In this document: positions 26,691 through 40,178 of the stretch, piece by piece
How the letters are laid out: the number at the start of each line of letters is the position of its first letter
How positions within the stretch are numbered: the stretch's first letter is position 1
Assembly (NCBI GenBank): GCA_951406725.2
Contig: OX597815.1
Location: 46,872,001-46,936,000 of the forward strand
Direction: 5' to 3'
Source of the DNA: Octopus vulgaris
Lineage: Eukaryota
Length of the DNA: 64,000 bases
Made by a program: the position numbers and the translations under genes
The notes under the pieces: generated by a model
Told to the model about the DNA's origin: nothing
The model's database searches: none
The model's input: only the letters and a program-made list of their open reading frames with translations

Positions 26691-27176
26691 TAACACTGTG
26701 TAATACAATTGTTTTTTATTGGTTAGCAACTGTTATTTCCCATTTGCTTACCCCTATAAAGAATTAAAAAATGGTTGATATTTCCTTCAAACTTTGCTTT
26801 TCTTACATTTATTCAAACCCAGTGAACCCCTCTCAACACTTGCCTATGATGCTCCCCCATTACTCCTGTTCATGATCAGAGATGCACTCATTGTCAGCCA
26901 CTAGGGGACATGCTAAAGTGGTTAATATGAAGCAACTGACAAGTATTGAGCAGGATCTTTGCTATAATGACATTTCTGCTTCAGTAACTCAACGCTGAAT
27001 CTGTCTAAAATGTAATGGAAAATAGGTCAGTTTCAAATCATTGATGTCCATGTAACAAAAGCAAAGTTTGAAGGGAATAGTAGTCATTTCCTTTGATTCC
27101 TAGGTAGAAGCAAATAGGAAATAACATTTACTGACCAAAGACAAAAATAAAACAAAACTTTTGTTACACAGTGTTA
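26691..27176. mobile_element. MITE with ~125-bp imperfect TIRs
   Basis: TAACACTGTGTAA / TTACACAGTGTTA and CAAACTTTGCTTTT / AAAAGCAAAGTTTG; interior matches ~63830-64000 in reverse. Confidence 0.8.
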
Positions 27177-27536
27177 TTTTAATTTTTAGTCACCGGATTT
27201 TCTTATCGACTGTAAATGTGTGGTTCGATCAAAATCGATGATGTTGTAGTTTTCTTTAATCATTTTATTTGTTTCTGTTATTGGACAGTGGCCATACCAA
27301 GGCACTGCCTTGAAGAGTTTAGTCGAATAGACTGAACCCAATACTTGTATTTTTTTCAGTTTGATACTTATTCTATCGCTTCTTTGGCCGAACTACTGAG
27401 TTACGAGCACATAAACAAACCAGCATCCGTTCTCAAGCGGTGGGGTGGACAAACACAATGGCACACACACACAGACACAAACATGCATATGTATGTATAT
27501 GTTAATGCAATTGAATCAATTGTTGGAATTTTAAGG

Positions 27537-27610
<74 letters not shown>

Positions 27611-27797
27611 CAATCATCAATATGTACGAAGAAAATCATATCTTTATCTTAGATCACACCTTATAAATCCAACAATTGTTTCAATTGCATAAACATATAC
27701 ATACATGCATACATACATACATATATATATGTGTGTGTGTGTGTGTGATGTGATAGATAGATAGATAGATTGATAGATAGATAGATATATATATAGG

Positions 27798-27871
<74 letters not shown>

Positions 27872-28163
27872 TGTATGTATATGTTATTGCAATTGAAACA
27901 ATTGTTGGATTTTTAAGGTGTGGTCTAAAATAAAGATATAATTTTCTTCGTACATATTGATTGTTGTTAATACTCTGAATTTCTTAAAATTCTGCAAAAG
28001 GATTGTTGGATTTACCTGCCATACCTGAGGCTTTACCTGCGATTTGTATTCTACATACATTTACTGGTATCTACTTGTTGGAAATTTAACCTTATTCCTT
28101 TATACTGAGAGCTTACTTGATATCTGCCAGGTTTTTTTAATCCCATTTTTTTCTTTTATATAT

Positions 28164-28204
<41 letters not shown>

Positions 28205-28214
28205 TATATATATG

Positions 28215-28248
<34 letters not shown>

Positions 28249-28496
28249 CGGCAGGCTTCTTCTAGTTTCTATCTAACAAATCAGTTCAGAAGGCTTTGGT
28301 CGGCCCTGACCTATAGCAGAAGTCACCAACCCAAACTGCGCCGCAGTAGGACTGAACCCAATATCGTTTAAAATAAATAGCAGATTCTGAAATTTGTATT
28401 GGGATCGATTTGTCTGACTGCACTTTTCAAAGTGGCTACATTCCAATGACTGAAAAAATAAAAGGGTATACACACACACGCACACACATACACACA

Positions 28497-28576
<80 letters not shown>

Positions 28577-28592
28577 TAGATCGATAGATAAG

Positions 28593-28910
28593 TGAAGGCG
28601 CGTGGCTTAGTGGTTAAGGTATTCGGGCTCGTAATCGTAAGTTCATGACTTCAATTCCCGGCAGCGTGTTGTCTCATTGAGCAAGACACTTTGCTTTACA
28701 TTACTCCAGTCTATTCAAAAATTAGTAGTACCTGTATTTCAAAGGCCCACCTTGTCGCATTCTGTGTCATGCTGAATCTCCCTGAGAACTACGTTAAGGC
28801 TACATATATCTGTGGAGTGCTCAGCCACTTATATGATGTTAATTTCACGAGCAGGCTGTTCCAGTGACCAGACCAACTGGAACATTCCTCGTCGTAGCCG
28901 ACGGAGTGCC
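28593..28910 (+). mobile_element. SINE family C
   Basis: Colinear with 8231-8555. Confidence 0.87.
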
Positions 28911-28925
28911 ATTTATATATATTTA

Positions 28926-30196
28926 TGGGTCATTCCATAAATAATGCGGTTATTTTTTGCTTCTTTTATTTTTCAAAATTAAGATAAAGTTTTTTTAATC
29001 TAAAATATACTCTCCTTCATTTTCTGCAATGCTCTTCCATCTATACGGTAGACTTGTAAGGCCCCTCTTCTAAAATTCACTTGTCCGTGACGAAAATTAC
29101 TCCTCCAGTACTATTCTGACCTCGTCTACAGGATTCATATTTTTTTCGTCCAAATAATTTTGAAGACTGCGGAATAAATGATAATCAGATGGGCCAATGT
29201 CCGGCGAATATGGTACACCGTTTGCAGTTTCAAACTGCCCCAGCCTTTGGAATGTCCTCCACGCTGTATGTGGCCGAGCATTATCCTGATATAAGGACAT
29301 CTTTCGTCTTGAAACCAAAATCAGTCGTTTTTCTTCTAGCGCTGACTTAAGCTGTTCAAGTATCTCGCAGTAAATCTCCTTTGTTATAGTTTGGTTTGGG
29401 TTCAAAAGTTCAAAGTGAACTAAAGCTTTTATATCCTGCCAAACAGATAACAACACGTTACGTGGATGAAAACCTTTTTTAAGCCTAGGGTGCCCGTGTT
29501 CCTCCTTTCCCTACTCACTGTCTTCGGCGCTTCACATTTTCATAGAGAACCCATTTCTCGTTACCGGTCACTATTCGGTCCAAAAAAGCCTCATTCGTGA
29601 GACATGACAGCAAAGAGCACACATTCACTCTTTGCGCGTGATTAGACTAGGAAAGTTTGTGAGGAACCTATTGACCCAATTTGCTGACTTTTTCGATGAC
29701 ACGCAGATGTCGATGAATGGTTGAATGACCATATCCAAGCTTCTCTGCTAGTTCTTCAATTGTTACGCTGGGATTTTGTTCCTTCAGGGTTCGCAGGACG
29801 TCCTCGTCTAGCTCTACATATCTTCCAGGACGAGGCTCGTTTTCTAGACTAGTTTCCAACTCAGGATTTCTGGAACCACCGTTGATATTGGCTTACGCTT
29901 ATTGTCCGATCCCCATATATTGCATTAATATTCCTCGCACTTTCCGTTGCGTTGTTGCCTTTATTGAACTCATAAAGTAAAATATGCCGAATATGCTCCT
30001 TTGTCACTTCCATTAGAGCTTTGAAAAAATAACTGTTAAAATCAAACCGCACTCTTCAAAATTTGCTCTAAGAATAAGTACAACATAAAATTACTGCTTG
30101 CTTTTATAGCGAGTTGATGCAGGTAGTTTATCCCGTCTCCCTCCAACTTTTAGTACATGCAAATGAAAAATACGCATAACTTATGGGATGACCCAA
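28926..30196 (-). mobile_element. Full-length (~1.27 kb) mariner transposon, inactivated
   Basis: TIRs with TA TSDs; same family as 20900-21793. Confidence 0.95.
28995..30013 (-). pseudogene. Mariner (DD34D-type) transposase pseudogene
   Basis: Frameshifted pieces MEVTKEHIRHILLYEF..; VPHKL; IVTGNEKW; QDNARPHTA; YSPDIGPSDYHLFRSLQN. Confidence 0.93.
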
Positions 30197-30219
30197 TACA
30201 CACACACATACATATAGTG

Positions 30220-30714
30220 TTTATTGCCACTTAACGTGGGTATACTCTAAGAGACGACAATACTGTTATTTAACCCCATGAAGACGTCTTCAGCTGGTTT
30301 ATTCTGTGCGCTCTTGTACTCGATATTCCTAGCATGCGGGAGAAAACTCGTGCCACCCTAGCTCATAGACCACTAGATCACATGATTTCGATCTTACTGG
30401 ACCACTTCAGTGGTAGGCACTCGTCCTCCAGGCATTGCATTAGTTTGACGTCGCTGGCAATATATAAAAAATACAGTGTCATGCAATCACTGATCGTGTA
30501 ACTAGCAAATTAGTCCGTTAGAAACTCTCTGTTCATGATAGAAACAGTATACGAACCAAAACGTAGTATTTATTGCCACTTTACCGTGGCTGCTCTCTTA
30601 AAACCGAAAATACTGCTGTTGTAACCCCAGGAAGACATCTCGAGCTGGTTTATCGAGTGCGCTCTTCCACTCAATATTCTTGCAAGCGTGAGAAAACTCA
30701 TGCCACCCTAGCTC
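30220..30714 (-). repeat. Partial tandem repeat (period ~350 bp) with a hammerhead-like remnant at 30377-30414
   Basis: 30221-30364 repeats at 30570-30714; minus strand acca CTGAAGT ggtc cagtaa gatc GAAA. Confidence 0.7.
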
Positions 30715-31338
30715 CGATACACACACACATATACGTGTGAACATGATGTTTGCACATATATTGTTGGCAAGCTGTCTGCCATAATCGAGCTGACGTATGA
30801 TCACAGGTAACGAAATCATGACCATAATGCATCTATACTTTCATTATCTAATGTGTTCTACGATAACCGAGCGAGTTTTGATAAAGAAACTTGACTGTTA
30901 TTTCTCGGCAGACTATTATTCCCCAATAGGTTACTTAATGGGTGTTGTGATATTTTAAACCTTAGTATAGATAGTGCATAAAACATGTAGTAACAACATT
31001 TTTTTCCAATAACCCAATAAATTTCGGGATAAGCCATTAAGCAAATTTAGCGAAATCCCATTCATGGACCATATCTTCTCTTTCCTTTGACACCACAAAG
31101 ATAGGGCGGGGATAGAGTTTGGAGTGTGTGGGGGTAGGGTGGTCTAGTTAAAGGATATCAATTATTCAAATATTATAAATTAATTAAGAAATTAATCTAA
31201 TTTTCAATTATTTTTATAATTGACCTGTAGTAATTCAGGAAAATTTATAGAGCATTTTTTAAAAAAATAATTAAACGTCTAATAAATATCAATGTTTTTA
31301 GGAAATCGTTTGAAACATTTTTTATTATTGTTGTTTAA

Positions 31339-31380
<42 letters not shown>

Positions 31381-31542
31381 CATGTGTTTGTGAGAATGTG
31401 CCTGTGTGTTTTTTATGTATGTGTATATAATTGCTTGTGCACGAGTGTATAAGTGTGTTAAACGTTTGTTGCTGTTTGCCTGTGGGTATTCGTTTGTTGA
31501 AAATCTTAAAACTAACAATATCTGAGCTGTATGTACATAACT

Positions 31543-31576
<34 letters not shown>

Positions 31577-32267
31577 AAGCAATGTTATATGTATATATAT
31601 ATATATATACTTTTACAGAATACACATACATATGACTGCACACACAAACACACACACGCACATACACACGCATAATCAATCATATATACATAAATATACA
31701 TATATATTTACATGGTCACTCTAGGACACACATTCATGTGTGCGTGTGTGTATGTGTGTGTGTGAGTTTCTCTATGTGTGTGTATACATGTATATGTTAC
31801 ATGTGTACACACAAAACATAAGCACGAATGTTGTGCATACGTCTACACACATACAAACAGATATATACACACGCACAAGCGTCTCACACACACACACACA
31901 TAACGGTGTATTAAATGTATACACATATACACATGCACGCAGACACTTATATAATTAAAAGTAACAAACCATTTATTTTCTCTCTAAAAAAGAAAAATAA
32001 ATAACCTCAAAGTTCTACAAAAAACAACCACAAAGAAAGCCCCGACAACAGGAATTATATAAAAACACAAAAAGACCCTCCCCCAAAACAAACAAACCAA
32101 CAAAACAATAAAAATAGCCACCTACGTTATCCAACAACAAAACGAAGCAGAACTGCAAAGCAAATATATGGCATAACAAAAATATCTATAATTAAATAAA
32201 ATAGGAATCGATAGATAAATTGCAAAGGATAGCAATAACAAAGACCACCACCGCCACCACCACCACC

Positions 32268-32299
<32 letters not shown>

Positions 32300-32499
32300 C
32301 AACACCACAACCGCCGCCACCATCAGCAACAGTATATCATCAACAACAACGATGATGTCCACAGCAACCAGTAACACTACCATTACTGTGCCAGCACAAC
32401 TATGAAAGAATAGAAAGTAAAAAAAAAAACCCAAAACAAAACAAAAACAACAGAACAAATCTAAATTAAAAAAACTCAAAATATGAAAGTAAACGGCGG

Positions 32500-32655
32500 C
32501 TGCAGCAGTAGTAGCAGCAGCAGCAGTAGCAGCAGCAGCAGTAGCAGCAGCAGCAGTAGCAGCAGCAGCAGTAGCAGCAGCAGCAGTAGCAGCAGCAGCA
32601 GTAGCAGCAGCAGCAGTAGCAGCAGCAGCAGTAGCAACAGCAGCAGTAACAGTAG
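32500..32655. repeat. 15-bp higher-order repeat GTA(GCA)4
   Basis: Direct, about 9 units. Confidence 0.9.
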
Positions 32656-32674
32656 CAATGATATTGATCTCGAA

Positions 32675-33020
32675 TTTTGGCACAAGGTCAGTAATATCGG
32701 GGGAGGAGGTAAGCCAATTAAATCAGCCCCAGTACTCAACTGGTACTTATTTTATCAGCCCTGAAAGGATGAAAGGCAAAATCGGCCTCGACGGGATTTG
32801 AACTCAGAGCGTCACTACGAACGAAATGCCGCTAAGCATTTTTCCCGGCGTGCTAACGATTCTGCCAGTTTGCCGCCTAAACAGAAGGGGAAGCATTGAT
32901 TGGGTTAGTAAGGCGGCGATCTGGCAGAACCGTTAGCACGCCGGACAAAATGTTTAGCGGCATTTCGTCCGCCCTTACGTTCTGTGTTCAAATTCTGTCG
33001 AAGTCGACTTTGCCATTCAT
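32675..33020. mobile_element. Head-to-head inverted pair of SINE-A copies
   Basis: 32675-32878 on minus, 32909-33020 on plus. Confidence 0.85.
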
Positions 33021-33039
33021 TTTATGTCTTGCAAATTTT

Positions 33040-33228
33040 TATAACATTATTTACATTATTTACAATTGACGGATATTTGTCCTCATCTTGTCAACTCATC
33101 GTTTAGGCTGATATACCCTTCAGCCTTCATCAGGTGTCTTGGGGAAATTTCGAACTTGGGTTCTCGTTCCTAAGATATTTTTCGATGTTGTTATTGTTAT
33201 TATTATTATTATTCAGGTCACTGCCTGG

Positions 33229-33285
<57 letters not shown>

Positions 33286-33487
33286 GCAATAACAACAAAT
33301 ACCTTAGGAATAACAAAAATACGTTAGTATTGAGAACCCAGGTTCGAAATTTCCCCAAGACACCTGATGAAGGCTGGAGGGGATATCAGCCGAAACGTAG
33401 TGTTAACAACAAACAAGATGAGGACAAATATCGCCAATTGTAAATAATGTAAATAATGTACATAATTTATCTCTTAAATATAGAACC
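33040..33487. mobile_element. Inverted pseudo-LTR-like arms around (ATT)n/(AAT)n
   Basis: 33044-33190 is the reverse complement of ~33290-33460. Confidence 0.85.
33359..33404 (+). ncRNA. Minimal type I hammerhead ribozyme (Penelope type)
   Basis: acac CTGATGA a ggctg..cagcc GAA ACGT A gtgt; palindromic ACGU replaces helix III. Confidence 0.8.
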
Positions 33488-33680
33488 AGATTTTTATAAT
33501 CCCAGATATCGTGATCATTTGTAGCATATGAATTAAGGACTTGCCTTCTCTCTCCAATATCCCAAGTTCAGACATACTTTATTCCAGACGGGTTGGTATG
33601 TATCCTGTTGCTCCAATAATAACACAAGTGCTGAAAGTGTGTCTTGGGTACAGGATTTTGAATGATCCATCGATGGCCTC
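33488..33680 (-). mobile_element. 3' fragment of the R4-like family seen at 14500-14640
   Basis: IIGATGYIP..SELGI; nucleotide match CTGAACTTGGGAT..CTTAATTC.TATGCTACAAA. Confidence 0.65.
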
Positions 33681-33954
33681 TTTTTCTTTTGTTTGTGTGT
33701 TTGTTTGTATGTATGTATATCATCATTCAGTTTTATTTCAAGATTTCTTGGCAATAGAGAAAGAGCTGGTTTTTAACTTAGATCCAAGGCTCCTTTATTG
33801 AAATTTCAATGTATGTATGTAGTTTTATTTTCTAAATGGAGTTTCAAAGTTTATTTTAGTTGTACACTTGGTCAATAGGAAGGTTGTAAGAAAAAAATGC
33901 TATCAAATATATATTCTCCCTTCTCATCATGATTTGAGAGTTAAGCATCATTTG

Positions 33955-34170
33955 GTGAGGCACATAGATTAGAGATTAGGATGTTGGACCCATGATCGTA
34001 AGAATTTAGTTTTGATTCACGTTGCTCCAGTCCACTCAGCTGGCAAAACTGAGTAAACCTGCGCCGGACTGGCGTCTCGTTCAGGTGAGGGATAGATATA
34101 CGCCATGGAAACCAGGAAACTCGCCCTGATGAGTCGCCATGACTCGAGAAAATAACTTCACTTTTACTTT
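33955..34170 (+). mobile_element. Degenerate CORE-like SINE
   Basis: CACGTTGCTCCAGTCCACTCAGCTGGCAAAA shared with family C. Confidence 0.65.
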
Positions 34171-34189
34171 TTAAACACTAAGAGGGTTT

Positions 34190-34480
34190 TTTTTTCAGGT
34201 TTTTATTGTACCACTTATGATGATTATCTGTATCGCATGAATTATGGAAATAAGCTCTTTCTTTAAGAGTCCAAGATCAGCTATACTTTGATCTAGGTTG
34301 AGTGACACATATTCTGTCGCTCCAATAATAATAAAGCAACAAGTATAAAGCTGAAAGCGTATTTTGGAAATTGGATTTTACCGCTACTAATTCAAGATAG
34401 ATGACTTCGTCCTCCATTTTAATTCTTAACTTATTTATGTCAAATGAGCAACCGATATCCAGAACACCAGAACATTGTGC
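34190..34480 (-). mobile_element. Diverged R4-like 3' fragment
   Basis: Translates IIGATEYVSLNLDQSIADLGLLKKELISIIHAIQIIIISGTIKT. Confidence 0.55.
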
Positions 34481-34515
34481 TCGGAACCATTTCTGTAAGT
34501 ATGTATGTTATGTGC

Positions 34516-34591
<76 letters not shown>

Positions 34592-35199
34592 TTGTGTGTG
34601 TACGTGTGTACGTGCGTTTCAATCTGTGCATATATGTATAGGCATCTAAGTACACGCTCACTCCCTCATTCATTACGCACGCACGCACATACACACAGCA
34701 CATGTTTACAAATAATAGCACACTTCTGCATATGTACTTACATGCCTACCTAGCACATTCCGCATTCTCATTTTTCCTTTCTCCATACTTTTCCATAATG
34801 CCCTATTACATACATACATACATAAATACGTGTGTGTGTATGTGTGTGTGTATGGGATATTAGATATGCATACACTTACGCTTTACATGCGTGGGTATGT
34901 GCATTTATATTTATGGATATATAAATAAGCACATGGAAAAGGAAATAAAAAATGCAGTTTTCAAAGTAATTTGCTCGGAATTCAAGTAAGTGTGACTTAG
35001 AGCAGTTGGAAATGTCGAATACGGCAAGACAGACTACCATCTTACATTACTTTCACTCCTTTAACATAGCTATGCATACATACACGGACACACACACACA
35101 CACACATCTATGACATATCAACGGCTAAGATTTCATGTATAACAGTATTAAACATTTTTACATTTTGTAAACACCAATTTCGGAATGCCAAAACAAAAT

Positions 35200-35276
<77 letters not shown>

Positions 35277-35567
35277 ACACACACACATATACACACGCAA
35301 TGTCTGTTGACGGGCATTGAACCTTATAGTGTATTTATATGTAACTTATCTTCAGTCTGTTGGGAAGAATTCCTGAAGACTACGTGATGTAGGTCTTCAA
35401 ATTTAGACAACAACCCTATCGATCTCACTGATCACGCAGAGCTTGCTGATGATTCGTGCATAGTTCCTTTTTTTACTGTCTAACCCACACACATGAACAC
35501 ACACACACGTACACACACATACATATATATATAAGTATACACACATATACACGTACACACGCATACA

Positions 35568-35635
<68 letters not shown>

Positions 35636-36181
35636 GTGTGTATACATATATAGATATATATATATGTATCTACATATACAGGCGCATATATGATGAAAAT
35701 AGATATTTCATAGTTAGAGCGAGAATGTAACGTTGGTGTAATGTTATGTAATAACTTTAGCAGAGTTGGGAAATTATATACATAAGTATATACACTAACG
35801 TAAAAACGCGCTAAAATATACAATACGTCACCACCATTACTGCTTCTACTACAACTACTACGGTTACCAGAACAATGGACGTTCAACGTTGTCACTTGAC
35901 CTGCTAAAAATCAGTCAAATTGCATGTAATGATTTTTTTAAAGAATGCGGGTCAAATGAGGTCCTGAGAAAAGCAGGTTAGCCACGGGTCGAATACCTTG
36001 GAGCATATATATCTGTTGGATGAAAGACGTTAAGGTAATAAACCACAACTTTGTAAGTACCCGGATGAAGCTACCAGTGGCATATCTGAGGACAGTGACT
36101 TCATTTGGCTGCACCTCTTCCACTCAACAAATGCCCAAAGGCAGAGAAGGCGGCAGCTGCATTAATTTGATATATGTATAC

Positions 36182-36225
<44 letters not shown>

Positions 36226-36231
<6 letters not shown>

Positions 36232-36598
36232 GGCAGTTTGTCTGTGTGTGTGTCTGTGTGTCTGTCAGGTTGTACCCTCACCCTGACCACGGCTTTCAAC
36301 CGATTCTGATGAAACTTGACACACACATAGCCCAATGTCATAATTCAAAACTAACGCAGCGAAAATTTTGAAAAGTCCCCCCAGTTCTGAAAACAATCGA
36401 TAAATTCGACATGGGGCCGAGAATCAGAAACACAAACCACAGACTGTCTAGGGGACGCAACTCGACCTTTTTAACTCTCAAAAGAAAATTTACCATAATT
36501 TTTTTTCCATTTTTTTGCTATTTTTTGGCTATAACTCTCTAAAAATGCTTTATAGTTATTTCCCTTATAAACCCGAGCAACGCCGGGCGATACTGCTA

Positions 36599-36599
<1 letters not shown>
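36226..36599 (+). mobile_element. Non-autonomous Helitron in (TA)n
   Basis: 3' hairpin CCCGAGCAACGCCGGG followed by CTAG|T; 5' GTCTGT microsatellite; no TIR or TSD. Confidence 0.8.
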
Positions 36600-36690
<91 letters not shown>

Positions 36691-36729
36691 CTGTCTGTCT
36701 GTAGGTATGTGTCATTATAATAATATTTT

Positions 36730-36935
36730 ATCTGTTTCAGTCATTAGACTGCGGCCATGCTAGGGCACCTCTTTCAAGAACTTTTACAGTTACTTTTTTT
36801 TTTAAAGCTTGGTTCTAATTCCATCAGTCCCCTTCTAGCGAAGCGCTAAGTTGCAGGTACTTGAACAAACCAACACCAGTTGTCCGGTTTGTGGTGGGGG
36901 ACGAATACAGATACAAAGATACACACACGCGCGCG

Positions 36936-36985
<50 letters not shown>

Positions 36986-37115
36986 AACACAAACACACGT
37001 CTACCAAATCCACTCATAAGGCTTTGGTCGACCCGAGGCTAGAGTAGAAGACACATGCAATGAGAATGAACCCAGAATCATGTGGTTGGGAAACAAGCCT
37101 CTTACCACAGACCCC
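36730..37115 (-). mobile_element. SINE family B
   Basis: Reverse complement of family B with internal (CA)n. Confidence 0.8.
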
Positions 37116-38650
37116 GCTTATGCCTATATGTATGTACAAACATTTAGATACACGTACACACACACACAAATACATCCACACACACACACGTATGTGTGTG
37201 TGTATATACACACATATATATGCATATATGTATATACATATATATAAATATATGTATGTGTATATATGCACACATTTATGCACATACGCTGATATACACA
37301 CAATTATGAGTGCGTATGTATATGTGTTATATGGTATCATTGAACCTATATATGTTTGAATGCTTACATTTGAGCCACGAAAGGGCAAAGCAATGGTTTT
37401 CTTGTCAAAGAATAGTCATTCATCAAACTTTCAAATGCACACTGGGAATTTAAAATTTCTTATGAAAAACAGTTTAAAATGCTGTTTGTAATCGTAGACT
37501 ACAAGCTTGTGCGAGCACATCGTATTTCCACTGTATGTAACAGCGTCTCAGAGATTTGGAGGGTTATACAAAATCACAAACGCGCTGGAAGCTGTAAAGC
37601 TACTGTCTACGAAGAGCAAGTGTGAATGATTACCAAGTTCACCAATACAGCATGGTTGAATGCTTCAGACAACAGTCTCAGTGAGTTCGACTCTGTGAAA
37701 TAGGAAGTTGTCGTAAAGCAGTTTATACATCTGAAGCATACCCTTGAACGTAAATGGTTAACCTTGTTCAAGAAGTGGGCGGCAAGAGACATAGTTCTGA
37801 ATCAGGCGGGCCGCAATACTAATGACCTTCTATTTTTCGTTGGTGTGCTATTGAGAAAGCCTTACGAACCGTAGTTTGCCTATGGCTAACTTAAACCATG
37901 CTGGCACAAGCGATATCTACATGGTTGCCTGTTCTGTTAGAAATAGTAGACAAATAATCCTAAAAATCATACACAATCATTTTAGAAAGAGAAGTCGACA
38001 TTGAATAATTAGCTAGATTTTGTATGAGAAATGGATAAACTTCTTATTTCCCCAATGATTAAATTTTATCGAGGTCTGCCCAAACATGGTTGGCCTGGAG
38101 CTAAATAACTACATCAATGTGAACAACAGCAACAACACCAACAACAATAGCAACAACTACACAGCACAGTGTAAGATACCCAAAAGCAACAACTAATCAG
38201 AATAGTCATAGGCTGTCATAAGTGACGTCATATTGTAATTGTGTCAGGGCTCAACATGTTTGCTTCACCTATCTTCGTCCGATGTCTACGTCCATGATAT
38301 TTAACGTAACCGTGGATCGAAGCCCTGTAAAATTCCTTTCTATGATACAAAGCTAGCTAATGTTTTTACAGAAGATGTACAGTTACCCATGCACGAAGCA
38401 AACCAGATCTAAGATGACCTACGATAAAAAGCATTCCAGCCGAGATGATTCTGATTGTTCTTTTAGGTGATGGAATCCAATTTGTGACCGAGTAAGACCA
38501 CTTCCCAAACTTAGTAAGTTCATGCAATTATTCCAGGAAGTTCTTATGCGTGAATTTGTTTTGAGTGGATAAAGTGTTGCACAGCACTGAACCTACTTTC
38601 CAGCACAATCAGTCGTAACACCAGTAATACATCAGAGGCTGAGACGACTT

Positions 38651-39087
38651 AAGGTGGCGAGCTGGCAGAAACGTTAGCATGCCGGGCGAAATGCTTAGCG
38701 GTATTTCGTCTGCCGCTACGTTCTGAGTTCAAATTCCGCCGAGGTCGACTTTGCCTTTCATCCTTTCGGGGTCGATTAAATAAGTACCAGTTACGCACTG
38801 GGGTCGATATAATCGACTTAATCCGTTTGTCTGTCCTTGTTTGTCCCCTCTGTGTGTAGCCACTTATGGGCAGTAAAGAAATAAGAAACAAGAAACGTCA
38901 GCGCGCCGGGGGAAAATGCTTAGCGGTATTTCGTCTGCCGCTACGTTCAGAGTTCAAATTCCGCCGAGATCGACTTCGCCTTTAATCTTTTCGGGGTCAA
39001 TAAATTAAGCACCAGTTGCGTACTGGAGTCGATCTAATTGACTGGACCCTCCTCCAAAATTTCGGGCCTTGTGCCTAGTGTAGAAAA
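38651..39087 (+). mobile_element. Dimeric SINE-A with a single TSD pair
   Basis: TSD AGAGGCTGAGACGA 38634-38647 / AGAGGTTGAGACGA 39087-39100. Confidence 0.85.
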
Positions 39088-40142
39088 GAGGTTGAGACGA
39101 TTAGAAACCAAGGGGTTTATATGCAAGCTTACTTAATTCTAGAAGGAAGATCTAACAAGAATTAGGGGTTCTTCACTCCCAGTTGTTCTCATGCTAGTTG
39201 ACACACAGTTGGAGCCCTAACAGGTGATTCTACTGCTTGTCAGAGTAGTGCCAGGAGCAATATTGGTTAAGAAGTGGTCTCACACACCTCAAAAACCCTG
39301 TTACTCTAATAATAGGGCCCCACTAACGGATGTAGTTTAAAGTCATACTCAGGGCATGTTACTTTTAGGTAATATACAATTATATTATGATGTCATTTTC
39401 CCTACTTTTTTTTATACAGTAGCTCATGATTTGAAAGACATTTGGTAATTATTTGTAGCTCATCGATCGGCCTTCGTAGCTCTTCAATCCTACCAAAATA
39501 TTCCATGCAGGAATCGACTTACAGATGTTCGAAGCTAAACATAAACTGCGTTGATCTCACCAGTCTCAGAGGGCAAAGAAAGGTCACGTGCACAATTCCT
39601 TCCTACTGGCTGAGCTATAAAATAGCGTGATTATTGTGATTGCATGTTGGTCAATTTGACCACAGTAAAGCAATTAATATGTACAATTGCAAAACCCACC
39701 ATAGACAGGCACACGCAGCACATACATGCATTGATATATAACATCAATATGTACATGCATATGCAAGGGTACACACACACACACACACACACACACAAAT
39801 CCACAAATCCACACAAACACAAACACATACATATATACACATGTTCATATACAAGTTCATATGTATATACGTATACGTACATATTTACATACGCTCATAT
39901 TCATGTTCATGCGAACGTACATGCATGCGTGCAGGCATACATACATACATAACGCGTACGCATTTACGCAAGCAAACATGCGCATAGTAACACGTATTCC
40001 AACTCATTTGTAGCCAGAGATCGGCTGGACATCGATCATACTTGTAGGTTATTCAATATTTTATTTATGGAATATTTCAGATGAGATGCCGAAAACTTGG
40101 GTAATTATGGAGGAACGAGAGAGAGAGAGAGAGAGAGAGAAG

Positions 40143-40178
<36 letters not shown>

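Noticed and set aside
34120-34160. CTGATGAGTCGCCATGACTCGAGAA as a hammerhead
   Set aside because: The hairpin consumes the core, GAAA and stems I/III are absent, and it is a SINE tail hairpin.
36300-36325. CTGATGAAAC as a hammerhead
   Set aside because: No stems; part of the Helitron body motif.
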